This document shows, in pieces, positions 48,632 to 57,851 of a stretch of DNA of 61,124 nucleotides. The notes beneath the pieces were generated by a model, which ran no database searches, had not been told where the DNA came from, and saw only the letters and a list, made by a program, of their open reading frames with translations. How positions within the stretch are numbered: position 1 is the first letter of the stretch; each line of letters starts with the position of its first letter. The stretch comes from Bacillota bacterium (lineage in GTDB: Bacteria; Bacillota; Sulfobacillia; JAJYWN01; JAJZPE01): the NCBI GenBank assembly GCA_036504675.1, contig DASXUT010000144.1:1-61124 (forward strand), read 5' to 3'. Both the position numbers and the translations under genes were made by a program.

Positions 48632-50089
48632 CTAGTGCATTTTGACCTCGTGCTTGTGCCCTTTGCCCTTGTCCCCGGAATCGGATTGGGCCGGCCTCCC
48701 GCCGTCCCAGCCCTTCTCCAAAATTGAAGAGCCAAAGGAGCCCTTGGGCTCATTTGGCCTCGAGTTCTCAGCGATGCTGCCGGGCGAAGCGGTCAGGGCC
48801 GCCCCCTGGCCTGGTTCGAGCTGACCGGAGCCGGTTCCGGGCCCCGCTCGGCTCGAGTCCCCCGGACTGGCGGTGCCGGTGCCCTTGTCGTCCGACCCCT
48901 GTCCGCCCGGTTTTTCCCGGTCGTTGCCACCGTTGCCATCTTTGCCCGTGTCGTCCTTGGTGCCGGCGCCCTTATCGCCAGCTTGTTGGACGTCGTCGCC
49001 GGGCTTGGAGTCCTTGCCCTGGCCCTCCGTGCTCATCACGCCGGCCCCGTTCTGGCCGCCGGAGCCCTGGCCGCCGGAACCCTGGCCGCCCGTCTCCGCC
49101 CGCTCGCTGTCCCGCTCCTTCTTCTCCTTCTCCAATTTGCCCTTGTACTTCTCCGACAGTTTGTTGAAGTCTTTTTCGGTGTGAGCCCTCCCGACGATCT
49201 CGCCGACCTGGCCGCCCGCTTCCCGGATCGCCCGGCCGACGCCCTTCTCCAGGTCGTAAACCTTCAGGGGCAGCCCGGCGTCGGATGCGACGAGGTAGAT
49301 GGCGTACTTACCGACGGACAGACCTTGTTCCTTGGCCAATTCGCGGGTGGCTTCGTCGGTGACGATCGTCTGGACCACCACGCCCAGTTCCTTCTGGCTC
49401 AGGAAGGACTCGGCGCCGGCCGCAGCCTCTTCGAGCGCCTTGTTGAAGGACTGGGGCAACGCCGCTCCGGGCTTGACCGGCACCGCGGCCACGATGACCA
49501 GGTTGTTCTGATCGGTCATGAAGCCGGCCTTGATGGCCGCCTCGGCCAGCTTCTTAAGGGCTTCGTCGAGTCTCATCCGGACCACGCTGGTCTGGGCCAG
49601 GACGGCGGCTCCGTCGTCGTTGGTCGGCGCGGCCGATACCACCCCGCCGCGCGCGTCTACGCCAAGGTCCATCCCGGGATTGATGTCGACGCTGACGTAG
49701 GCCAGGGCCGGCAAGGGCCGATTAGCATAGATGAAGGCGCCGGGAGCCATCAGGACCAGAGCCAGCACGGCGGCCGCGGCGACCAGGCGGAGGCGGGTCC
49801 AGGCGAAGGCCGGCCGACGCGCGGGGACCGCCCCAAGGCCCATCCTGGGCCTCTCCTGCTCACGGACAGCGCCGGACACCGTCACCTCGGCCTCGCCGAA
49901 GGTCACCTCTTGCCCTACGGACCATCCCGCCTCCGGAACCCGAACCCTGACGAACCGGCCCCCCGGCGTCAGCAGAACGGCCTTCCTCCCGGCTACCTCC
50001 AGGACGACCCCTCGATCGGCGGTCACTCGACTCGCCCCTCTCCCGCCCGACCTCTCGGGACCGGACGTCTCCTCGTGCGGCGTATTCAC
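48632..50089 (-). CDS. rsgI: Anti-sigma-I factor RsgI-like with a long Gly/Asp/Lys-rich disordered C-terminal region
   Basis: An N-terminal RsgI_N pattern (GVVLEVAGRKAVLLTPGGRFVRVRVP...VGQEVTF), a TM helix and a middle domain. The last ~160 aa are low complexity (GGQGSGGQGSGGQ...). The start overlaps the sigI stop. Confidence 0.75.
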   Translation of the reverse strand: MNTPHEETSGPERSGGRGASRVTADRGVVLEVAGRKAVLLTPGGRFVRVRVPEAGWSVGQEVTFGEAEVTVSGAVREQERPRMGLGAVPARRPAFAWTRLRLVAAAAVLALVLMAPGAFIYANRPLPALAYVSVDINPGMDLGVDARGGVVSAAPTNDDGAAVLAQTSVVRMRLDEALKKLAEAAIKAGFMTDQNNLVIVAAVPVKPGAALPQSFNKALEEAAAGAESFLSQKELGVVVQTIVTDEATRELAKEQGLSVGKYAIYLVASDAGLPLKVYDLEKGVGRAIREAGGQVGEIVGRAHTEKDFNKLSEKYKGKLEKEKKERDSERAETGGQGSGGQGSGGQNGAGVMSTEGQGKDSKPGDDVQQAGDKGAGTKDDTGKDGNGGNDREKPGGQGSDDKGTGTASPGDSSRAGPGTGSGQLEPGQGAALTASPGSIAENSRPNEPKGSFGSSILEKGWDGGRPAQSDSGDKGKGHKHEVKMH

Positions 50090-50832
50090 CAGCGAACGTA
50101 CTCCTTCATGTATGGCAGGTCTTCCGACAGGATCAGGGCCAGGGCGATGATGTACTTGCGCTGTCGCTCCAGGGTCTTGCGGCTGACCCGGACCTCCTCG
50201 GCCAGGTTCTTCAAGGGCAACTCACGCCTTAGGCGCAGGTAAGCAAGGTATTCGGGGTTTCCGGCGACGACCCGCGCCGCCTCCTTCGCGTTCTGGCGGG
50301 CGTCCTCGTGGCGAGGGCACACCTCGGCCAGCTCAACAAGGGAAATCCCGTACTCCTCGAGGATCTCTCCGTAGCGCAAGACTTCCTCCCGGCGTTCCTC
50401 GGCCTCCTGGTTCTCCGAATGAGCCCGAATGGCCTGATCCCGCTCGATGGGGTTGAGGACATTGCCTTCCTCGTCCTCTTCCTCCAGGCTGGTCAGGGGA
50501 ATCTCGCGCCGGCCCGACTCCTTGCGGTAGTGATCAACCAACCGCCGTTTGATGACTGTCTCGGAGAAGGCCAGGAACGATATCCCACGCGTCCCATCGA
50601 AAGCATCGATGGCCTCGTTGAAGGCCCCCAGGGCGATGCTTGCCTCGTCGTCCGCGCCAAGGCGGATGTAGCGACCACAAACCCGGGCCGCAACTCGCAG
50701 GGCGAACGGGGTGAACCCGCGGATCAGGTCCTCGCGGGCCTGTGCGTTTCCATGCTTGGCCTCATCGACCAGGAATTCCGGTTTTGCCTGAGGTTTGATG
50801 GGTTTTTCTTTCTGTCCGAAAAGAAAACCCAC
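50086..50832 (-). CDS. sigI: RNA polymerase sigma factor SigI
   Basis: Collinear similarity to B. subtilis SigI (AFNEAIDAFD, LLAFSETVIKRRLVDHYRKE, CPRHEDARQNA, RKTLERQRKYIIA). GTG start. Confidence 0.88.
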   Translation of the reverse strand: MGFLFGQKEKPIKPQAKPEFLVDEAKHGNAQAREDLIRGFTPFALRVAARVCGRYIRLGADDEASIALGAFNEAIDAFDGTRGISFLAFSETVIKRRLVDHYRKESGRREIPLTSLEEEDEEGNVLNPIERDQAIRAHSENQEAEERREEVLRYGEILEEYGISLVELAEVCPRHEDARQNAKEAARVVAGNPEYLAYLRLRRELPLKNLAEEVRVSRKTLERQRKYIIALALILSEDLPYMKEYVRW

Positions 50833-50928
50833 TCTTCCACCCCATTCACGGTACAGGATTTCGAGGCTTTCGGCGCCTTTCTGGGGGCCGGGCGCGGTTC
50901 CCCGGCGCGCCCCAGCGGCTCTTGCCCA

Positions 50929-51165
50929 TCACCGCCGCCGAAAGACCAGGTTGAGCAGGATAGTCAGGACGGTCGACAAGAGGAGCATGGTGACCACCGG
51001 GAAGTAGAAGGTGAAATTGCCCCGGCGGATCAGGATGTCGCCCGGCAGGCGCCCCAGGCCCAGGTGCCGGCCGCCGAGGAGGAAACCGGCGCCGGCCAGG
51101 GTGGTGACGACCCCGATGATGATCATGACCCGCCCGAAGCCTTCAAACGGGGTTTGACCCGGCAT
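50929..51165 (-). CDS. DUF2905 small membrane protein
   Basis: LGRLPGDILIRRGNFTFYFP is the hallmark of this family. Confidence 0.75.
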   Translation of the reverse strand: MPGQTPFEGFGRVMIIIGVVTTLAGAGFLLGGRHLGLGRLPGDILIRRGNFTFYFPVVTMLLLSTVLTILLNLVFRRR

Positions 51166-51170
51166 CTCGC

Positions 51171-51707
51171 CTATCCCCCCAGACAGCGTTCCTTCTCGCT
51201 GAAGACGCAGCCACAGTAGTTCTGACGGTACAGCCCGTGCTCGACCGCCAGCCGCCGGCCTTCCCGCCAGCCCGGTCGGAAGTCCTGATAAAGGAAGCGA
51301 ACCCCGTATCGCTCACCGGCCCGCTCTCCTTCCTCCCGGATGACCGCGTGGTCCTGATGCGGGCTGACCAGGAGGGTGGTGGTAAAGGCATTGAACCCGC
51401 CGGCGGCGGCCTCGGCCGCCGCCCGGTCCAGGCGATAGCGATAGCAGGCCCGGCAGCGGGCCGGTTTGGCTGGATTCTCGACCGCCGCCTTCAGGTATCC
51501 GGCCAGGTCATAGTCGCCGGGGGGAAGCAAACGAAGGCCGCTCTGGCCGGCATACTGCCAAAGGGTCGCCAGGCGGCGCTGGTACTCTGAATAGGGGTGG
51601 ATGTTGGGGTTGAAGAAGTAGCCGGCAACCTCATGCCCCTCGTCCTTGAGGGCCTGGTGCGGGTATGTCGCGCATGGCCCGCAGCAAACGTGCAGCAAGA
51701 CGGGCAA
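51171..51707 (-). CDS. queH: Epoxyqueuosine reductase QueH (DUF208)
   Basis: LLHVCCGPC, FFNPNIHPYSEY and NYCGCVFSE. Confidence 0.88.
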   Translation of the reverse strand: MPVLLHVCCGPCATYPHQALKDEGHEVAGYFFNPNIHPYSEYQRRLATLWQYAGQSGLRLLPPGDYDLAGYLKAAVENPAKPARCRACYRYRLDRAAAEAAAGGFNAFTTTLLVSPHQDHAVIREEGERAGERYGVRFLYQDFRPGWREGRRLAVEHGLYRQNYCGCVFSEKERCLGG

Positions 51708-51719
51708 TCGGGTCCCTCC

Positions 51720-52865
51720 TTAGAGCAACCTGCCCTGACCGGCTCCAGACCCGCCTGAGTCTTCCGGCCCTTCTCCCTCCGGCCGGCCGGGCCCCCCGGA
51801 GGCGACCGGTCCGCCGGGCCCGGTTCGTCCGGGCGTACCGTCTTGGACGGCTTGGGTCCTCTCGGGGGGACGAAGTCCGAGGTACTGGTAGCCCGAACGG
51901 GTGACAACGCGTCCGCGCGGGGTCCGTTGCAGGAAACCGATCTGGATCAAGAAGGGCTCATAGAAGTCTTCGATGGTTTCGACCTCTTCGCTTAGCCCGG
52001 CGGCCAGCGACTCCACTCCCACCGGGCCGCCGTCGAACTTCTCGACAATCGCCGCAATGAGGTTCTTGTCGGTCCGGTCGAGGCCGAGGGAGTCGATGCC
52101 CAGAAGGTCCAGCCCCTCCCCGGCGATCTGCCTGTCGATGACCCCGTCCCCGCGGACCTGAGCATAGTCGCGGACGCGCTTAAGGACCCGGTTGGCGACC
52201 CGGGGTGTGCCCCGTGATCGCCGGGCGATTTCCGCCGCTCCCTCCCCGTCGATCTCGACCCCGAGGATGGAAGCCGATCGGCGGACGATGTTCTCAAGTT
52301 CCTCGACGGAGTAGAATTCCAGCCGACTCAGGACCCCAAACCGGTCTCGCATCGGGGAGGTCAACATGCCGGCCCGGGTGGTCGCCCCGACCAGGGTGAA
52401 GCGGGGCAGGTCCAACCTCAGCGTCCGGGCGCTGGGGCCCTTGCCGATGACGATGTCGAGGGCGAAGTCCTCCATCGCCGGGTAGAGGATCTCCTCCACG
52501 GTCCGGTTCAGGCGGTGAACCTCGTCGATGAAAAGAACGTCCCGGTCGGCCAGGTTGGTCAGGATGGCGGCCAGATCCCCCGGCCGTTCGATGGCCGGCC
52601 CGGAGGTGATCCGGAGGTTGACCCCCAGCTCGTTGGCGATGACGTGGGCCAGGGTGGTCTTGCCGAGTCCCGGCGGTCCGTAGAGGAGGACGTGGTCGAG
52701 GGGCTCCCCGCGATCCTTGGCCGCCTGGATGAAGATGCCGAGGCGCTCCTTGACCGTTTCCTGGCCGGGAAACTCGGCCATCGTCCGGGGCCTGAGGGTG
52801 AGGGCCAGCCCGCCGTCTTCCGGCCGCGGCCGGGGAGTCATGATGCGCTGCTCTTCTTCTGCCAC
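51720..52865 (-). CDS. ruvB: Holliday junction helicase RuvB with a Pro/Gly-rich C-terminal extension
   Basis: [23 protein letters not shown] and RGTPRVANR. About 45 extra low-complexity residues follow the winged-helix domain. Confidence 0.95.
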   Translation of the reverse strand: MAEEEQRIMTPRPRPEDGGLALTLRPRTMAEFPGQETVKERLGIFIQAAKDRGEPLDHVLLYGPPGLGKTTLAHVIANELGVNLRITSGPAIERPGDLAAILTNLADRDVLFIDEVHRLNRTVEEILYPAMEDFALDIVIGKGPSARTLRLDLPRFTLVGATTRAGMLTSPMRDRFGVLSRLEFYSVEELENIVRRSASILGVEIDGEGAAEIARRSRGTPRVANRVLKRVRDYAQVRGDGVIDRQIAGEGLDLLGIDSLGLDRTDKNLIAAIVEKFDGGPVGVESLAAGLSEEVETIEDFYEPFLIQIGFLQRTPRGRVVTRSGYQYLGLRPPERTQAVQDGTPGRTGPGGPVASGGPGRPEGEGPEDSGGSGAGQGRLL

Positions 52866-52867
52866 GA

Positions 52868-53479
52868 TCAGGCCTCCTTAGCCCGGGCGACCAGGCGCAG
52901 AGCCAGGCGCACGAGCTCCTCGGGGCGACTCCCGGCGGACTGCCGGGCCGCCCGCTCCACCGCTTGGCCCGCCTCGAGCCGGCCGTATCCCAGGGCGACC
53001 AGGGCCTCCATGGCCTCGGCCCGGGAGTCGGCGGCTCTCGGCTCGATGACCTCGGGCGGACGGGTCTTCTCGATGAACGAGCCGACCTTGTCCTTGAGGT
53101 CGAGGATGATCCGCTGGGCGGTCTTCTTGCCCACCCCGGGGAGGCCCTTGAGGACCTCCTCATCCTGGAAGGCCACGGCCCGAAGGAAATCGCCGGGGGT
53201 GATCCCCGACAACACCCCGACGGCCACCTTGGGGCCGACCCCGGTGACGGTGAGGAGGAGGTCGAAGGTCTCCAACTCCTCGCGGGTGGCGAAGCCGTAG
53301 AGGACCAGGGCATCCTCGCGGACGTGGAGGTGGGTATGGAGGAGGACTTCGGCCCCGGCGCCGGGTAGGCGCGAACGAGTAGAGACGGGGACCTGGACTC
53401 GGAACCCGACCCCGCCGGTCTCGACGATGACCCAATCCTGTTCGACGTGGGCGAGGACGCCCCGCAAGAGGGCGATCAA
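52868..53479 (-). CDS. ruvA: Holliday junction DNA-binding protein RuvA
   Basis: MIALLRGVL....[12 protein letters not shown] and the HhH motifs ([19 protein letters not shown]). Confidence 0.95.
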   Translation of the reverse strand: MIALLRGVLAHVEQDWVIVETGGVGFRVQVPVSTRSRLPGAGAEVLLHTHLHVREDALVLYGFATREELETFDLLLTVTGVGPKVAVGVLSGITPGDFLRAVAFQDEEVLKGLPGVGKKTAQRIILDLKDKVGSFIEKTRPPEVIEPRAADSRAEAMEALVALGYGRLEAGQAVERAARQSAGSRPEELVRLALRLVARAKEA

Positions 53480-54003
53480 CGGCCTTCCCTCCTCTGACCG
53501 GCTCCGCTCACCGGGCCGCCCCGGACGGCCGCCGCCAGGCCGCTATGAAGGGCGCAGATGGCGATGGCCAGGGCATCGGCGGCGTCATCCGGGCGCGGGA
53601 TCTCGGACAGGCCCAGGATGACCCGGACCATGTTTTGGACCTGCTGCTTATCGGCCCGGCCGTAGCCGACCACGGCCTGCTTGACCAGCATCGGGTTGTA
53701 CTCCTCGACCGGCAGGCCCGCCCGGTGGGCGGCCAGCAGGACGATTCCGCGGGCCTCGCCGACCGACAGAGCCGTGGTCACGTTACGGTTGAAGAACAGC
53801 TCCTCGATGGCCAGACGATCGGGCCGGTGCCGGTCGATCAGCCCGTTGATCTCGTCGTACAGAGACGACAGGCGTTCCCCGCGCGGGCGGCCGGCGGAGG
53901 TCCGCAGGCAACCGTACTCGAGGGCCTTGACCTTCTGATTCTCTTCTTCGACGACTCCGAAGCCCATCAGGGACGTGCCGGGGTCGATACCCAGGACGAT
54001 CAA
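53476..54003 (-). CDS. ruvC: Holliday junction resolvase RuvC
   Basis: Start set to the TTG at 54003 (LIVLGIDPGTSLMGFGVV). Also contains AIEELFF and the C-terminal DAADALAIA. Confidence 0.9.
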   Translation of the reverse strand: MIVLGIDPGTSLMGFGVVEEENQKVKALEYGCLRTSAGRPRGERLSSLYDEINGLIDRHRPDRLAIEELFFNRNVTTALSVGEARGIVLLAAHRAGLPVEEYNPMLVKQAVVGYGRADKQQVQNMVRVILGLSEIPRPDDAADALAIAICALHSGLAAAVRGGPVSGAGQRREGR

Positions 54004-54114
54004 GGAGCGCCCGCCCTTCCCGCCCGGACCATTTTTCCTCAGGTTTGCCAGGCGTTCTTGGTTATTCCACGTCCGGGCGAGCTTTCCCTTTTCTGGTCGA
54101 TCGAGGCTTGACTG

Positions 54115-54148
54115 GCAAAACATAACCGCCGCAAGGATTTGCGGCGGC
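54115..54148 (-). terminator. Intrinsic terminator after the bofC-like gene
   Basis: ccgccgcaa / ttgcggcgg stem with loop ggat, followed on the minus strand by ttatgtttt. Confidence 0.7.
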
Positions 54149-54233
54149 TGTCCGACAGGCCGTAAGGTCGGTAAGGCCGCAGCGCCGTCGGCCTGGCGCC
54201 CGGCCGGTGAGGCCCGGACGGCGGGGACCGGGT

Positions 54234-54968
54234 TCAGTCCCCCAACCCCTCCAGCAGCTCGGCCACGCCGTCGTCGCCCTCGACGGTGACCCCCTGGGAC
54301 AGTCGGTCGCGGTCGGCCTGGCGGAGGCCCTCGACCTCGAGGACGATGAACTCCTTGAACATCAACTTGGGCGGCCGCCCGTAGTAGATGTTGACCCGAT
54401 CACCTTCCAGCTTGACATAGCGGAAGCGCTCCATATCCGGGCACAACCCGTCGATCGACCTCGTCAGCTGGGCCTTCCCCTTCTCGAAGGTGGCCACGGT
54501 CCATTCGGGGTAGAGGTTGCGGATCCCCTCCAGGTTCAGTCCGATCATCTCCTGGGGCGGCGGACCGGTATCGATGACGGTGTCCCCACACTGCCGGTAG
54601 GTGGTGCTGAAGATGACCACCCAGTCCCCGCCGACCAGGACCCGCTCCGACGGGCCGACCGGCGTGTTCTGACCGCCCGGGACTCGCCCCAGCAGCCTGG
54701 GCAGCAGGCGACCAGGGCTGGGTAGGCCGGTGACCAGGGCCAAGACCATCCCGACGACCAGGGACGCCGCGAAGACGGCCGCCAGGAGTTTCCACGGCCA
54801 TTTTCTCAAGCGAGCTCTCCCCCTTCGAGGGTCACTGACCCTCTCCTGGCTATGATTGCCAGCGGGGGGGCGGTCTATGCGCCCGCTTGCCCGGCGTTCG
54901 GCGGCCGTACGGGTCTCGGGTCGAGACAATAAGGGCCGGTTCAGCCCAAGGCTGACCGACCCTGCCAT
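54234..54968 (-). CDS. bofC: BofC-like (bypass-of-forespore C) sporulation protein
   Basis: A TM/signal segment, then YRQCGD....L.GIRNLYPEWTV..F....A.L.RSIDGLCP......FRYVKLEGDRVNIYYG.P, ending in L.QGVTVEGDD...ELLEGL. The start codon is uncertain. Confidence 0.6.
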   Translation of the reverse strand: MAGSVSLGLNRPLLSRPETRTAAERRASGRIDRPPAGNHSQERVSDPRRGRARLRKWPWKLLAAVFAASLVVGMVLALVTGLPSPGRLLPRLLGRVPGGQNTPVGPSERVLVGGDWVVIFSTTYRQCGDTVIDTGPPPQEMIGLNLEGIRNLYPEWTVATFEKGKAQLTRSIDGLCPDMERFRYVKLEGDRVNIYYGRPPKLMFKEFIVLEVEGLRQADRDRLSQGVTVEGDDGVAELLEGLGD

Positions 54969-55018
54969 GACCTTCTGTTCCGATGATCCGTCGGCCGCCG
55001 CCCGGCCTGATCCTGGCC

Positions 55019-55750
55019 CTAGCCCTTGACCTCCAGGTTGGCGTGGACCTGCTGAACGTCGTCGTGCTCTTCGAGGAGGTCAAGGAGCCGCATGGCCTGG
55101 TCGGCCTTGTCCCCACTGAGCTCGGTATTGGTCGTGGGAACGTAGGTCAACTCGGCCTCGGCCGTCTTGATTCCCCGCTTGACCAGGTTCGACCGGACCT
55201 TCTCGAGTTGCTCCGGGACGGTGTAGATGACGTACTGGTCCTCTTCCTTCTGGAAGTCCTCGCCTCCAGCGTCCAAGCTGAGCATCATCAGGTCGTCCTC
55301 GGAGAGCTTGACGTCCTCCAGGTTGACCAGAATCTGCCCCCGCCGCTTGAACATCCAGGCGACGCAGCCGGTTGCCCCGAGGCTGCCCCCGTTCCGGTCG
55401 AAGATGTGGCGAATCTCAGCCGCCGTGCGATTCCGGTTATCGGTCATCACTTCCAGCATGACCGCCACGCCGGCCGGTCCGTAGCCCTCGTAGACGACCT
55501 CTTCGAAGTGGTCGGCCTCGCCGGCGCCGCTGCCGCGCTGGATGGCCCGCTGGATGTTCTCCCCCGGCATGTTGGCCGCCTTGGCCTTATCGATGACCAT
55601 CTTCAGTCGGAAGTTGCCGTCGGGGTTGGGCCCTCCCTCGCGCGCCGCGATGATCAGCTCCCGGGCGATCTTGCTGAAGACCTTCCCCCGGGCCGCGTCG
55701 ACCCTGGCCTTCTGTCTCTTGGTGGTGGCCCACTTGGAATGGCCTGACAA
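55019..55750 (-). CDS. yebC: YebC/PmpR family DNA-binding regulator
   Basis: MSGHSKWATTKRQKA and GPNPDGNFRL. Full-length collinearity with the family. Confidence 0.93.
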   Translation of the reverse strand: MSGHSKWATTKRQKARVDAARGKVFSKIARELIIAAREGGPNPDGNFRLKMVIDKAKAANMPGENIQRAIQRGSGAGEADHFEEVVYEGYGPAGVAVMLEVMTDNRNRTAAEIRHIFDRNGGSLGATGCVAWMFKRRGQILVNLEDVKLSEDDLMMLSLDAGGEDFQKEEDQYVIYTVPEQLEKVRSNLVKRGIKTAEAELTYVPTTNTELSGDKADQAMRLLDLLEEHDDVQQVHANLEVKG

Positions 55751-55794
55751 GCGTCTCTCCCCCTACGAGCTGATTGACGTAAGACCCGAGTCTA

Positions 55795-55824
55795 ATTCTA
55801 GCACATCTCTGGCTCCCCTGGCAA
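55795..55824 (-). promoter_or_regulatory. Sigma-A-type promoter upstream of yebC (TTGCCA-18-TAGAAT)
   Basis: Minus strand ttgcca (55824-55819), 18 nt spacer, tagaat (55800-55795). Confidence 0.5.
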
Positions 55825-55854
55825 AAGTGGAAAAGGGCGCCCGGACGGGCGCCT
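55825..55854 (-). terminator. Intrinsic terminator closing the sulfur-carrier operon
   Basis: ggcgccc / gggcgcc stem (55836-55853) with a 4-nt loop, followed by cuuuuccacuuuu on the minus strand. Confidence 0.65.
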
Positions 55855-55895
55855 ACCCATCGGCGCCATGAAGCGCCCCTGGGTTCGTTCCACCT

Positions 55896-56648
55896 CTAGA
55901 CCATGGCAATCGGGGGCAGCCGGCGCTTGTGCTCACTCCCGGTCATCCGGGACCGGATCTTGGCGACCACGTCGGCGGGTCCATTCCCGGTCAGGAGGAA
56001 CTCATCGAGCTGGGCATAGGTCAGGCCCATCTCCCCCTCGTCGGTCTGCCCCGGCCAAAGGCCGGCGGTCGGCGGCTTATCGACGACCCTGACCGGCACG
56101 CCGAGTTCCCTGGCGACCTCGCGGACCTCGGCCTTGACCAGGTTGCCCAGGGGAAGCAGGTCCACTCCTCCGTCGCCGTACTTGGTGAAGTAGCCCATCG
56201 CCAGCTCACTGCGGTTCCCCGTGCCGATCACCAGGTAGCCCCGGAGATTGGCGTGGTAATAGACGGTCATCATTCGCAGCCTGGGCTTGATGTTGGCCAG
56301 GGCGAGGGCCTCGGACGAACCCCCGGGCGGTGGCGGTCCTTCGGCCATCCCGAGGACCTCGATGAAGCGGTCATAGATGGGGCTCAGGTCGACGGTCTTG
56401 ATCGGGACCCCGAGCGCTGAAGCGACCAGAAGGGCATCCTCCTGGTCGACGGGTTGGCTGTGGCAAGGCATGATGAGGCCGAGGCAGCCGTCGGGAAAGG
56501 CGCGCCGACAAAGGCCGGCCACGACCGCCGAGTCGATCCCCCCGGACAGGCCGAAGGCGCAGCCCTTGCCGCCGGCCGCCGTGACCTGGTCCCTGATCCA
56601 TCGGACCAGGCGGTCGACCCGTCCGGCGACGTCAGTCATCGGTGTCAC
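55896..56648 (-). CDS. nadE: NH3-dependent NAD+ synthetase (PP-loop)
   Basis: FGLSGGIDSAVVAGL, GTGNRSELAMGYFTKYGDGG and KPPTAGLWPGQTDE. The start overlaps the upstream LarE-like gene stop. Confidence 0.85.
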   Translation of the reverse strand: MTPMTDVAGRVDRLVRWIRDQVTAAGGKGCAFGLSGGIDSAVVAGLCRRAFPDGCLGLIMPCHSQPVDQEDALLVASALGVPIKTVDLSPIYDRFIEVLGMAEGPPPPGGSSEALALANIKPRLRMMTVYYHANLRGYLVIGTGNRSELAMGYFTKYGDGGVDLLPLGNLVKAEVREVARELGVPVRVVDKPPTAGLWPGQTDEGEMGLTYAQLDEFLLTGNGPADVVAKIRSRMTGSEHKRRLPPIAMV

Positions 56649-57538
56649 GACGATCCGCCCTTTCGTGTCCCCTTCAGAGTCTCGTTCATGCTCCCCGTGC
56701 GGTATCCCCCGAGGTCCATCGTCACGTAGGTGAACCCGAGCTCCTTCAAGCGGGCGGCGACCCGCTCACGAGCCTCGACGAGCCGGGCCATATCACCGGG
56801 CGCGACTTCGATTCGGGCCACGTCTCCGTGATTCCTCACCCGGAGTTGCCCCAGACCCAGCTGATGGAGGAACTGTTCCGCTCCGGCCACCCGCTTGAGT
56901 TCCGGTCGGGTGATCCGCCGCCCGTACGGGAAACGCGAAGCGAGGCAGGCCAGGGCCGGCTTGTCCCAGGTGGGCAGGGCGTGGGCGCGCGACAAGGCCC
57001 GGATGTCGGCCTTGCCAAGCCCGGCCTCCAAGAGCGGACTTCTGACCCCCAACTCCGCCGCCGCCTGGCGGCCCGGCCGGTGATCGGACAGATCGTCGGC
57101 GTTGGTACCGTCGAGGACCGACCCGAGCCCCTTCGTCCGAGCGATCTCGGCCAACTTCCCAAAGAGCTCTTGCTTGCAGTAGTAGCAGCGGTTTGACGGG
57201 TTGACGGCGAACTCCTCGTTCTCGAGTTCCGCCGTCTCGATGAGCTCGAACCGCACCCCGAAGGCGGTGGCCAGGTCCCGGGCGGCGACGATCTCCTCAG
57301 GGAAATAGGTCTCCGATGAGGCGGTGACCGCCAGGACCCGTTCTCCGAGGGCTTCTTTGGCCTCCCAGAGCAGGAGGGTGCTATCGACACCGCCGGAGAA
57401 GGCCACCACCGCCCCGCCCAGCCCGGCCAGGACCTCGCGGAGATGGGCCTCCTTCTCGGCCAGCTCCGGCCCGATCGACTGGCCGGCGTTCACGACGGTG
57501 GGCTGGCCCAAGCGAAACGCACCTACCCTCTCAACCAC
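56645..57538 (-). CDS. larE: LarE-like PP-loop ATP-dependent sulfur transferase (three-Cys, Fe-S-type pattern)
   Basis: VAFSGGVDSTLL, NRCYYCKQELF and PALACLASRFPYG, plus the C-terminal LRVRNHGDVARIEV, which is typical of the LarE family. The GTG start is uncertain. Confidence 0.75.
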   Translation of the reverse strand: MVERVGAFRLGQPTVVNAGQSIGPELAEKEAHLREVLAGLGGAVVAFSGGVDSTLLLWEAKEALGERVLAVTASSETYFPEEIVAARDLATAFGVRFELIETAELENEEFAVNPSNRCYYCKQELFGKLAEIARTKGLGSVLDGTNADDLSDHRPGRQAAAELGVRSPLLEAGLGKADIRALSRAHALPTWDKPALACLASRFPYGRRITRPELKRVAGAEQFLHQLGLGQLRVRNHGDVARIEVAPGDMARLVEARERVAARLKELGFTYVTMDLGGYRTGSMNETLKGTRKGGSS

Positions 57539-57851
57539 AAGTATTCCCGCCGCAACAGCCGCCGTGGCCGGCGTGGGGCGGGGGCTCGGCCGGGGCCTCT
57601 CCCGACTGGGCCCCGTCTTTCAAGACCAGCAGACGGAAGCACGGCCCTTCGGGGGTGATCCTAACCACCAGGTGGCCGGCCCCCTTCAGGCTCCTGGGGA
57701 CATCGCGAACCGGCTGCCCGTCGTCAAGGAGCACCGAAAGATACCCCCCGCTGGGGATATCCTCCAAGGCCAGCATGGTGTGGATAAAAGTATAAGGGCA
57801 GAACTCGCCGCGCAGGTCGAGTTGGGGAACCTCACGATTATCTTGGTCCAT
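57531..57851 (-). CDS. TusA/SirA-like sulfur carrier with a Cys-rich C-terminal tail
   Basis: LDLRGEFCPYTF....L......G..L.VLLDD......VPRSL...GH is the TusA pattern. The tail is HAGHGGCCGGNTCG. The ATG at 57851 is preceded by gaagggag. Confidence 0.7.
   Translation of the reverse strand: MDQDNREVPQLDLRGEFCPYTFIHTMLALEDIPSGGYLSVLLDDGQPVRDVPRSLKGAGHLVVRITPEGPCFRLLVLKDGAQSGEAPAEPPPHAGHGGCCGGNTCG

Noticed and set aside
50833-50928. A SigI-type autoregulatory promoter (CCCCC ... CGAA) upstream of sigI.
   Set aside because: CCCCC and CGAA elements are present, but their spacing (10 or 19 nt) does not fit what I recall for SigI promoters. I could not verify the consensus, so it is not reported as a feature.
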